Shown here: in pieces, positions 52,170 through 62,639 of the stretch
Layout: every line of letters begins with the position of its first letter
Numbering within the stretch: the stretch's first letter is position 1
Assembly (NCBI GenBank): GCA_976551045.1
Contig: CDPCPM010000408.1
Location: forward strand, 2,480,001 to 2,544,000
Source: Glaucostegus cemiculus
Taxonomy: Eukaryota
DNA length: 64,000 bases
Direction: 5' to 3'
The notes under the pieces: generated by a model
Databases searched by the model: none
What the model was told of the DNA's origin: nothing
What the model saw: the letters and a program-made list of their open reading frames with translations, nothing else
Position numbers and translations under genes: made by a program

Positions 52170-54885
52170 AATCCATCCTGTTGGTGATTTCATGTACACT
52201 AGTTTGGCAGGGGGATGGGAATCCGAGTGATAGGTTAGGGGCTGGTGCATTTAGTGTACAAGTAGATGCTCAGAGTGTAGAAAGACTGTGAGGAAGGATA
52301 GGCAGCTGAAAGGGCAAAATTGCAGTCAGTTGGATGGGCTGAAGTGTGTCTACTTTAATGTGAGAAGTATCAGGAACAAGGGTGATGAACTGAGAGCATG
52401 GGTAAGTATATGAAACTACGACGTTGTGGCCATTACAGAGACTTGGCTGTTACAAGGGCAGGAATAGCTGCTGAATATTCTGGGGTTTAGATGTTTCAAA
52501 GGGGACAGGGATGGAGGTAAAAGAGATGGGGCAGTGGCTTTGCTGATCAGGGAGAGTGTCACAGCTGCAGAAAGGGAAAGTGTCCAGGAGGGCTCATCTT
52601 TGGAGTCAGTGTGGATAGAAGTCAGAAACAGGAAGAGAGCAATCACTCTACTGGGAATATTCTACAGGACAAGAGGTGCAGAAATAAGAGGGTTGTCGTC
52701 ATGGGAGATTTCAACTTCCCTAATATTGATTGGCACCTCCTTAGTGTAAAGGGGATAAATGGGATAGAGTTTGTTTGGTATGTCCAGCAGGGATTCCTGA
52801 CACAGTATATGGACAGGCCAACAAGAGGAGAGGCCATACTGGACCTGGTACTAGGCAATGAGCCTTATCAGGTTTCAGATCTCTCGGTGGGACAGCATTT
52901 TGGAGACAGTGACCGTAACTCCTTATCTTTACCATAGCCTTAGAGAGGGATAGGAGCAGACTATATGGGAAAGTATTTAACTGGGAGGGGGGAAATTATG
53001 ATGCTATTAGGCAGGAACTTGGGCGCGTAAATTGGAAAGACATGTTCTTGGGGAAGTTCGCAATGGAAATGTGGAGGTTATTTCGGGAGTACTTGCATGG
53101 GGTTCTGGATAGGTTTGTCCCATTGAGGCAGGGTAAGGATGGTAGAGTGAAGGAACCGTGATTGACAAGAGACATAAGATATCTTGTCAAGAGTAAGAAA
53201 GAAGCTTACCTAAGGTTCAGAAAGCAAGGATCAGACAGGACTCTGGAGAGTTACAAGGTAGCCAGGAGAGAGCTTAAGAATCGGACTGAGGAGAGCGAGA
53301 AGAGGGCATGAGAAGGCCTTGGCAAGTAGGATTAAGGAAAACTCCAAGGCATTCTATATATATGTGAAGAATAGGAAGATGACTGGAGTGAGAGTAGGAC
53401 CGATCAGGAATACAAGAGGAAACATGCCTGGAGTAGGAAGAGGTAGGGCAGGTCCTTAATGAATACTTTGCTTCAGTATTCACCAGTGAGAGACCTTGAC
53501 GTTTGTGAAAATGGCGTACAACAGGCTGATAAGCTAGAGCATGTTGACGTGAAGAAAGAGGATGTGCTAGAACTTTTGAAAAACATTAGGATAGATAAGT
53601 CATCGGGGTCGGATGGGATATATCCAAGGTTATTATGGGAAGCAAGAGAAGAGATTGCTGCACCTTTGGCGATGATCTTTGCATTCTCACTGGCCACAGG
53701 AGTAGTGCCAGATGATTGGAGGGTGGCAAATTTTGTTCCCTTGTTCAAGAAAGGGAATAGGTATAAGCCTGGTAATTACAGACCAGTGAGTCTTACTTCA
53801 GTGTTGGGCAAATTACTGGAGAAGATTTTAGAGACAGGATTTATGAACATTTGTAGATGCATAGGCTAATTAGGGACAGTCAGCATGGCTTTGTGAGGGG
53901 CAGGCCGTGCCTCATGAGCTTGAATGAATTTTCTGAGGATGTGACAAAGCACATTGATGAAGGTCGAGCAGTGGATGTGGTGTACATGTGGTGTAAGGCG
54001 TTTAGGCTCATTCAGAAAATCTGGAGGCATGGGATCCAGGGAAACTTGGCTGTGTAGATTGAGAATTGGCTCGCCCATAGAAGACAGAGGGTAGATGTAG
54101 ATGGAGAGTTTTCTGCCTGAATGTCGGTAACCAGTGGTGTTCCGTAGGGATCTGTTCTGGGACGCCTGCTCTTTGTGATTTTTATAAATAACAGATGAGG
54201 ATGTGGAGGGATGGTTTTACTAAGTTTGCAGCTGACACTAAGGTTGGTGGTGGTATGGATAGTGTAGAAGGTTGCTGTAGGTTACAACAGTACACTGATA
54301 ACAGTAGTATTGATAGTAGTAGTATTGATAGTCAGGGTATTGAGTTCAAGAGCCGCAAGGTGATGTTGCAGCTCTATAGAACTCTGGTTAGACCACACTT
54401 GGAGTATTGTGTTCAGTTCTGGTTGCCTCATTATCAGAAGGATGTGGAAGCTTTAGAGAAGGTGCGGAGAAGATTTACCGGGATGTTGCTTGAATTGGGG
54501 AGCATGTCTTATAAGGATAGATTGAGTGAGCAAGGTCTTTTCTCTTTGGAGAGGGGGATGAGAGCTGACTTGACAGAGGTGTACAAGATGATAAGAGGCA
54601 TAGATCGAGTGGACAGTCAGAGACTTTTTCCCAGGGCGACAATGCCTAACATGAGCAGGTTTAATTTTAAGGTGATTGGAGGAAGGTATTGGGGTGAGGG
54701 GAAGGGGGGAAAGAGAGAAAGGATGTCAGGGGCAAGGTGGTGGGTGCATGGAACACACTGCCAGCAGAGATGATGGCGATGTTTACATTCAGGATGTTTA
54801 AGAGACTCTTAGGCTCATGAATGATACAAAAATGAAGGGTGTGGGCTGAAGGGCCTGTACTGTGCTGTTTTGTTCTATGTTCTTA
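52170..54885 (+). mobile_element. Near full-length CR1 ORF2 (endonuclease and RT), decayed, with an internal deletion
   Basis: [65 protein letters not shown]; tail TTCTATGTTCT. Confidence 0.93.
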
Positions 54886-55174
54886 ACCATGGATCACTAG
54901 ACTAAGTTTTCTAATCAGTTGTGGGAGAGTCACTGAACTGTTCATTCCCTCTCAATAGTGAGAATAGCACCCTGAAGACCATGGGATCTTCACGAGAGCA
55001 CAAAACCACTGTCAGTGCATTTGTGAAGTTGGAAAATAAAAATGGACTGGAGAAGGGACTCTTAAAAAGGTGATAAAATACAAGCGGGATGGAACGTTAC
55101 CTGAATGTTCTCACAAAACCATGTTCAAGAATAGACAATGGAAAATAAATCACATAATTCATCCTAGTAACTTT

Positions 55175-55978
55175 TTTTGGGACATATGTACATGGAAAAA
55201 CTTGACGATCCACACCACATCCCCTGCCTCGTCAAGAAGGCACAACAGCGTTTCCACTTTTTACGGCAGCTGAAGTGAGCAAACCTGCCCTCCCCCACCC
55301 TCACTACATTCCACAGGGGGGCCACAGAGTGTTCTGACCAGCTGCACCTCTGCCTGGTACGGTAACTGTAAGGTATCTGGCCGTAAGACTTTGCAGAGAA
55401 TTGCTAGCACAACTGGAAAGATCATTAGAGTACCTCTTCCCTGCAGCCTGGCCATCAACAATACACGATGCACACGCAAGGCCTGCAGAATCATGGATGA
55501 CCCCCCTCATCCCTCCCACGACCTATTTGTCCCACTGCCATCTGGTAAGTGGTACTGGAGCATCTGGGCCAGAACTACCAGACTGTACAACAGTTTCCAC
55601 CCCCACCCCCCCCCCCCCCAGCCTGTCAGGCTCCTGAATACCCTGGAGGCAGTTTCAGTCAAATGCCGCATCAAAAGCTCTGGTTGGCACAACAGGGTAT
55701 AAGAACTTTGGCTGCTGCTGAACATGTTTATACAGTTAGTGCAACACACTGAGTTCTGTATTTTCTTCGTCCAAATCAGTTTTGCACTAACTATGCACTA
55801 ATTCTGTATTCTGTATATACCGTTTTTTTGCACTATTTGTACTTATACAATAAACGCAGATAAAAAATTGTGCGCCTTCTATGTATATCCTCTGTTGTGA
55901 GAGCCCGGGGGAAATGACATTTCGTTCCTCCATGTGTTTTCATAACATATAGGTGAATGACAAAGTAGAACTTAACTA
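55175..55978 (+). mobile_element. Rex1/Babar LINE 3' end, next to the TPRN exon 1 donor
   Basis: LVKKAQQR, ESVLTSCTSAWYGNC, IMDDPPHPSHDLFVPLPSGK.YRSI-like, TTRLYNSF; tail TGACAAAGTAGAACTTAACT. Confidence 0.85.
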
Positions 55979-56031
55979 TAAATTCACCTTGCATTTGGAC
56001 AGCAGGTTTTCACTTGGAATAAGATGCCTAC

Positions 56032-58461
56032 CTTCTTTCTCGTGGAACCACTCTTAGATAAACAGGATCTCTCCAATGACAGATATCCTCCTATCACCTG
56101 AATATCTTCAGCAGCTGGATAGCGCTTCTTTAATAACACCCCCAGTTTGGCAAGTGCTGGTTCAAGTTCTTCAGCTGGCTGCTCATCAGCCCCATTTGCA
56201 TGAGAGATCTCATTTGCATTGACGGACACCTCATGGCTACTGTTTGCTGGCTTTCGTTGAGGAACTATGGTGAAGGTATTTCCACTCTTTCGTTGCATAA
56301 AGGGGTGGTGTAGTCCAGCAAAGGACTCATCGGAAGGCTTGTCCTTTTTAACAGATGGTTTTGCAATGGTTGGTTGTTTAGGAACTTCTTCTGTCACCAA
56401 AATATCATCTATGTTAGTGACAGGGAGATCGCCTTTTCTAATTAATATTACACTGGATTCAGCATCCTGCTCTGCTTCTGAACACTCAGTAGGCAAAATG
56501 CTTGAAGTTTCTTCCCCCGATGAAAGTTGGGCACTCATGTGCCTAAAAGAGACATCATAACTACCTTTTGATGTAGGCTTATTCAAAATCTCTTTCATCT
56601 CAAAATCTGCTTTGGAAGGAGAAGGTTCTGCATCAGAGGGCTTTCCCTTTCTCTGATCACAGTCGGATGGGTTGATTCCTTCCTGTGAAACACCTGAAAT
56701 TCTGCCCGTTTGAATCTCATTGGGAGTGGAAGCACTAACGTCGGGTTTTGGCTTTTCATTGGATTTATTGCTCGTTTCCCTGGAGTCACAAACATTTCCG
56801 GATGCCGCAGGGGCACCCACTCTTTTCTTTGGAATCACAACAAAGGAGTTCTTGGATTGCTTTTTAAGATTTGCTAAGGCTCTTGCCTGGACATCATCTT
56901 CTGGAATGGATGTAAAATCTGGAGGAGCAGCAGGAACAATCTCAAAGGAGTTGTTGAGACTAGTGGAAGCAGACACACCATTGCATTGGTTTGGAGTGAC
57001 TTTGGCTGAACCTTCTACTTTATGGTTCTGCACCACCTTCCCCAGGGGAGTGGCACTATAATTCACTGGTGAAGAGACACCATGACCATCAGCTGCCATA
57101 GGTGGGAGTGCTTCAGGGCATGATTTTGGAGATTTTCTTGGATCCATTTCGTATTTTGGCCTCCATTTATCAGCTCCTTGAGAAACCTCCATGCTGGATG
57201 CTTTAAGAGGAGTGGGTACCCGGCCAATCCCAATGTCACTTGTATTTGCCTGATGTTCGTTTTCTGTCTCTCCTTCCTTCACTGAGTGGACATCGTTCCC
57301 CATGAAATCAACCTCGGGGTGACCATTTTCCATTACCTTAGTCCCCTTGTCGGTACAGTCTTTCAAAACGTTCTCGTTGTTCCTATGCGATGGGGCTTTC
57401 CTAAGGAGCAGATCCTTCTGCCAGCCATCGCTGTGCAAGCCTTCAAACTGCTTACGATAAGAGGAGACCGAGTAAGGTCTACCTTCGGAAACGCTGGTAG
57501 CTTGCTCCTTTAAGGCAACGTGGGAAAGCGAAGACGCACTGCCAGGAGAGTGTGGAGCAGGACATCCCGTGGGGGAGAAGGGCTGGGGTGATTTGGGGTG
57601 AGAGGAAGACACGCTGCCTGGGACGGGGACAGGTGAGCGCCCAGCCTCCGAGAGCGAGCTACCCCAGGACCTGGACTGGGTTCCCACCCGGGCTTGGTTG
57701 TGCTTGGAGAGGACCAGGGGCTTTGGCAACAAGTGTGGCTTGCTCTGTCGGTCCTTGGCGGAGAAGCCGTCCAGCAGATTCTCCGTGCTCCTCGACCGCG
57801 CTGGCTTCACGTAGTTTTGGTCGAACTTCTCCAGCAAGCGGCTGACTTTGCCGTGCAGGTGCCCCGGGCCGGCCTCGCCGCTGCCCAGGCTGCTCAGGTT
57901 CTCCTCGCTGCGGCTCAGCGGCGCCTCGTAGATGAACACCTCGGCGGCGCGGATCTCGGCCAGGCCGGCCTCGCCGTCCCGCAGCGGCGGCTCGCCCACG
58001 CCGCCGTGCCTGGGGCCGACCTCGGCGAAGTAGTCGGGGTCGGACTCGATGATGATGATGTTGTCGGCGCGGATGGTGCGGACGCCCGGCATGTGGCTGT
58101 AGAGCTCCAGGAGCGGCGGCACCGAGCGGCCCGGGGCCGGGGCCGGGGCCGCCTCCCGCTCCTCCAGCCGCCGCTGCCGCCTCTCCCGCTGGATGAAGGG
58201 GTTCTCCTGGACGGGAGCGATGCTCTCCAGCAGCACGGCGCCCCCCTCCTCCTCCTCCGGCGGCGGCTCCGACCTCCGGCCCGGGCTCGGCGCCCAGCCG
58301 CCCTGACCCGCAGTCCGGGCTCGCTCCCAGCTCCGGCCGTCCGCCGCCGGGCTCGCCTGCTTGGCCTTGCGTCGCTCCAGGATCTCCCTCTTCCACGCCG
58401 GCATCCTCGCCATCACTTGTGCGTCCAGAGCCGGCTCCTGAGTGCGGGGCGGCAGCGACAT
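56032..58461 (-). CDS. TPRN: Taperin, coding exon 1 (810 codons)
   Basis: The long ORF has the phostensin/taperin N-terminal motif MPAWKREILERRKAK...ESIAPVQENPF, then VRTIRADNIIIIE and VSRLLEKF. It ends in KKRYPAAEDIQVIGGYLSLERSCLSKSGSTRKK, matching the recalled taperin KKRYP..EIEVIGGYL.L.KSCL.K.GS.RKK. The ORF track starts at a GTG (58605); the first in-frame ATG is at 58461 (GACGGGATGT). The donor is AAG|GTAGGC at 56032/56031, phase 0. Confidence 0.93.
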
Positions 58462-58760
58462 CCCGTCCGTCTGTCCGCTTTCCCTCAGCGTCTGTGCCGC
58501 CCGGCCCAGCCCGGCCCTCCGGCTGCCCTCCTCCGCCGTCCCGCCGGCCACCGCGCCCCGGCGCCTGGCACGCCCCCGTCTCCATGGCGACCACAACACA
58601 GTCACCGGTGGGCGGGTCCCAGACCGACCCGCAGCGCCACCTGCCGGAAGCCGCCGAGTGGCCGAGCCCAGAGGAGGGGGCGAGAAGTTGGATGTGACGG
58701 GCAGCCCGGGAAAACTTTCAGCTCACTTCTTCAAACCCGCGTTAACTTCCTCTGATCTTC
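57600..58760. promoter_or_regulatory. CpG island over the TPRN promoter and 5' half of exon 1
   Basis: Very GC- and CpG-rich block set in a CpG-depleted background. It includes a GC box GGGCGG (58610-58615) and an ETS-like CCGGAAG (~58644-58650). Confidence 0.85.
58578..58591. promoter_or_regulatory. RFX X-box-like palindrome
   Basis: GTCTCCATGGCGAC resembles the canonical GTTGCCATGGCAAC and lies ~120 bp upstream of the TPRN ATG. Confidence 0.5.
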
Positions 58761-58834
58761 AACTGTTCCTCCGGAGACACTTTCGACACTATTATTTTTC
58801 AATATGTTGAACGAATCATTGGTTGTCCCAAGAA

Positions 58835-58918
58835 ATTGGGGATGAGGTAAAAGATTAGCCATGGTCTTATGTGGATGGTGAAGCAGGCAAGAGGGGCCGA
58901 ATGGCCTACTCCTGTTTT
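58835..58918 (+). mobile_element. CR1 3' UTR remnant
   Basis: GATTAGCCATGGTCTTATG...GCAGGCAAGAGGGGCCGAATGGCCTACTCCTG. Confidence 0.7.
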
Positions 58919-59430
58919 TCTTTTTCAAGTTTTTCATTAGTTACCAAATTAATACAGATTAATATATAACATCAATGTTTGTACATGTAATACAAAGAGA
59001 TCAGGAGAACAATCATGGCATAGATAATCAGAAAGAACAATAAAATATTTTTAAAAATCTGTAGATCTCTTAGCAAATGAATACAATACAAAACAAAAGA
59101 AAGAAAAAGGTTTATTGTGTATATAAAAGAAAAGAAACAAAATCCCCAAATCAATAAGAAAAATTATAAACAATATATCAACCAAACTAAAAAGAAAAAT
59201 TTCAAAAAAAACCCAAAAAAACCCGAAAAACTGGACTGAATTTTCTCAGTAGAAACAGATCAATATTATGTCGTCAACTCCGTTACTCTATATTGGAAAG
59301 TTATTGAAAAGTGATCTATACCATGTGAAAAAATTGAATAAACAGACTCCAAATATCTTCAACTTTAAGTGAAGGATCAACAGTACCACTCCTAGTTTTT
59401 TCCAGGTTTAAACATGATATAGTTTGAGAT
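58919..59430 (-). mobile_element. L1-clade 3' end (ORF2 C-terminus, T-rich 3' UTR, A-rich tail)
   Basis: The minus strand encodes SQTISCLNLEKTRSGTVDPSLKVEDIWSLFIQFFHMV*, like fish L1 LxLEKI...KF...W.PF; the tail reads TAATGAAAAACTTGAAAAAGAAAAA. Confidence 0.65.
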
Positions 59431-59984
59431 TATTTTGTTTTCTTAAACGTCTCCTTTATCATTTGTGTTTCCATGCTTGTCTGTAATCTTACAGGGTTAA
59501 ATGTAATAATTTATGGATGGTAGGCTTATTGGCAAAGACATTCTTAATTGCCCCCAAGAAGTGAGTGTGAGCCCCTGCAAGAGGCACTTCCACTTTGCTG
59601 TTGGATTAGATCCAGCAGGAAGTAAGTCAGGATACCGAGTAAATAAAGCAAAACACTTTCTCTCTGCACACAGCATCTACATAGTTAATGTTTCAATTCA
59701 GTAAGGCGTTGGCCTGGGGTGTACAAGGGTATAGCACTCTAATAATCATTCAAAAAATATGTACATAGACACACCTACACACATTTGTCCTCAATAGCAC
59801 GGTACAAGTTAATACTCATCCAAAAGTCAGCAAATGTCCTCTGCATGCATACCCTGTCATTGATCTGAAGCACTAACTGCTCCCTGCATACTCTTCCATG
59901 CACATTGAACTGCTTTGTCCCCTGACTTGATGCTATTAATAGGCAGATATGCTAGGCTGTGAGGTTACTTGAAAATCAAAAAAA

Positions 59985-60105
59985 GCTGCAGATGCTGGAA
60001 ATCTGAAATAAAAATAGAAAATGCTGAAACATTCTGAAGGTCAGGCAGCATCTGTGGAAAGAGAAATAAAATTAATATTTCAGATCAGAGACCCTTCATC
60101 AGTTC
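59985..60105 (-). mobile_element. Penelope-terminus repeat with intact hammerhead-like core
   Basis: The minus strand reads CTGATGAAGGGTCTCTGATCTGAAATATTAAT...CCACAGATGCTGCCTGACC. Confidence 0.65.
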
Positions 60106-60729
60106 TGTGAGTTTACTATTGTGGCGCCTTGTGACTCTGCTGCTGCTGATGGCCCACAGCACCTAATAATGTCCAGCTTTGAATTGCTGAATTTGACTGG
60201 ATTTTATCCCATTTAGCACAGTCATGGTGCCACAAACATAATGGTGAGTGTTTTGTGCAAAGCTAGAACTTGTTTTCCACAAGAATTGTGTGATGTTCAC
60301 TCCTACCAGTGCTGACCTAGACAGACTCTTCTGCAACAGTAGATTGGTGAGAATGAGATTGTAGGTTTACCCCATGTGCTGGTTGTCTCATCACCTGCTA
60401 CACAATTAGTCCAACAGCTAGCTCTTGCTGTAATGATGGTGCTGCTGAGGCAACCCTGGATAATGAAGTCCCCCACCCAAAATACACTCTGTACATTCCC
60501 AGAGCTTCCTCCAATTAGTGTTCATCTTGGTGGAAAGCAATTGTCAATTGATATGTAATCAATGGGAGGTTTCCTTGCCCATGTTTAATCTTATAGCAAA
60601 AAAACTCCCAGAAAACACTCTCCCCTGCCTGAGTACCATTGAGTCACCACCTCAGGTGGGTCTGAGCAGCCAGTGGAACAGAATATAGCCAGTGATCGTG
60701 ATACAAGGAATGAAAAAAGCAAAAAAAGA

Positions 60730-60935
60730 ACTGCAGATGTCAGAGATTTAAAAGTAAAAAGAGAAAATGCGGGAAATACTCAGAAAGTCAGACTGCACCT
60801 GTGGAGAGAGAAACTGAGCTAGCTTTTCAGGTCAATGATCTTTCAGAACCCCAATTAAAGGTCATTGACCTGAGACGTCGATTCTGTTTCTCTCTCCACA
60901 GATGCTGCCCAACTTGCTGAGTATTTCCAGCAGTT
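60730..60935. mobile_element. Palindromic Penelope-terminus repeat
   Basis: Arms ~60767-60843 and ~60857-60932 (TTCAGGTCAATGATCTTT / AAAGGTCATTGACCTGA). Confidence 0.7.
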
Positions 60936-61029
60936 TCTCTCTTAATTGTGATCCAGGAGTCTGTTTTTGCCTGAAAAGTCTAATTCTGTGAGCACAACTA
61001 TGTAAGACCAATCTTGAAAGTTCATAAAA

Positions 61030-61360
61030 CGCAGATGCTAAAAATCTGAAATAAAAATAGAATGTGCTAGAAATGCTCAGCACTGCAGGCAGCATCTGTG
61101 GAGAGAGAAAAAAAGAGTTAAGGTTTTAGTGAAAAACTCTCCATAAGAACTAGGAAAATGAGAAAACAAGTTAGTTTTTAACTTGCAGAGAGGGTGGAGA
61201 AGGGGTGATAGGACAAAGGGAATAACTTCAATATGGTGAGACCAGGGTTACCCAGGTGATTGAAGAAGGGTCTCTGACCTGAAGCATTAACTCTGTTTCT
61301 CTTCCCACAGGTACAGCCTGACCTGTTGAGTATTTCAAGCATTTTCTGCTTAGATTTCAT
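61030..61360. mobile_element. Inverted pair of Penelope termini with a purine-rich spacer
   Basis: GCAGATGCT...GGCAGCATCTGTGGAGAGAG on the left; TTGAAGAAGGGTCTCTGACCTGAAGCATTAACTCTG...GAGTATTTCAAGCATTTTCTG on the right. Confidence 0.6.
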
Positions 61361-61729
61361 GTACTGAGATGGGTCCACTATTTACTGAGCCATCACAGAT
61401 CGCTATCAGAGATCTAGAGATACATCGATAATACCTGACTTACTATGTGTTTCCAGCTATTTTTGTATCTATTTCAGACTGTTGCTTAACCAGCTTGAGG
61501 AACAGCCCCCCGAACTTCAGTACAAGACCCCAAACGTTCATGAGAAAAGGCCGTGCAGGTTTGACTGGACCGAGAGGGCACTTGCCACATGCAGGTGTGG
61601 AGTTTGTGGTGGGAGTACAGGCAGCAGAGTGGGCAGATGGAAGACCATCAGAGGTGTGAGAGCCGTTCAGTAAATCAACGGTGACGCGTAGGGTGGCCTC
61701 AGGGAGGGGCAGCAGATGCGAACTGTGAA

Positions 61730-61777
61730 AGGGAGTGGAGGAAGATCTGTTGGAGGGAGTGGAGGAAGATCTGCTGG
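61730..61777. repeat. 24-bp tandem duplication
   Basis: AGGGAGTGGAGGAAGATCTG(T/C)TGG occurs twice. Confidence 0.85.
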
Positions 61778-62639
61778 ATACACAGGTCAGAGCTGGTTTT
61801 ATTCATGCTACGGGGTGGCCTGACGTGGCTAGGTGATTTGTGCCAGGGGCAATTAAATGTCAATCACATTGCTGCAGGTCTGAAGTCACATCTGTACACA
61901 GACTGGATAAGGAGAGCAGATTTCCCTGCCTAGAGTGTATTAGTAAAACAGAAATGTTTCGATACAATCCAGTAGTATCATTGTCACTATTACTGATGCA
62001 GCCCAACTGCTGTGGTGGGATTCAAACCCCGAATCTGTAGTCCAGGTTACCGGATTACTTATCCAGCATCATAACCAATATTCTGCAGCCGTAATCGATC
62101 TTCCTCTGCACCCTTTCATATCTCTCATCAACCCCCTCCCGAGGCCACGCTAAACATCACTGTTGCTCTACTGAACAGGTCTCACAGTTCTGCTTCTGAT
62201 GGTTTTCCAGCTGCCTGCACTCCCACCACAAACTCCACGCCCAGTCGTCTCTCTCCAGGACAACAGAGCAAGGCAGGGAAGGAGGACTGAAGACAGCCAC
62301 AGAACACGAGTAAATCACAAGAGCAGGAGCTGCTGGAGACACCAGAAGTTATGCCGCAGGCTTTTGTTTTAGTGCTTTCACTCTTCCTTCAACAATAGCA
62401 AGAAGTTACAAGGATTTGTTTCTCAGGCTATGAAGTAAATGCTCTTCCCATGGCCATAACTGTCTTCTTATTGATGTGATGTTTAATTGCCAGACTGCCA
62501 AAGGATTTTACAAATTCCCACAACTCATATAATGAGCAGCAGCCATTGATAATCACAGTCATAAGTACCAGTTAGTTGTCAATATAGAATTCAGAGCCAA
62601 AGTACAGCCTCTACCCACGAGGACTGCGTAAAGCAGGAG

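Larger units (their letters stand above)
1438..56031 (-). other. TPRN: TPRN intron 1 (~54.6 kb, GT-AG)
   Basis: Defined by the in-frame junction of the two exons above; no other recognisable host coding exon was seen inside it. Confidence 0.85.

Noticed and set aside
1438-56031. Orientation bias of LINEs against TPRN
   Set aside because: CR1 and Rex copies occur on both strands, and the numbers are too small to support a bias.
58462-58605. 48 aa N-terminal extension given in the ORF track
   Set aside because: It starts at a GTG. Homology to taperin begins after the ATG at 58461, so this is treated as 5' UTR or promoter.
57694-58755. 353 aa plus-strand ORF (and the smaller ORFs at 58419-58810)
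   Set aside because: Antisense shadow of the GC-rich TPRN exon; no recognisable domain.
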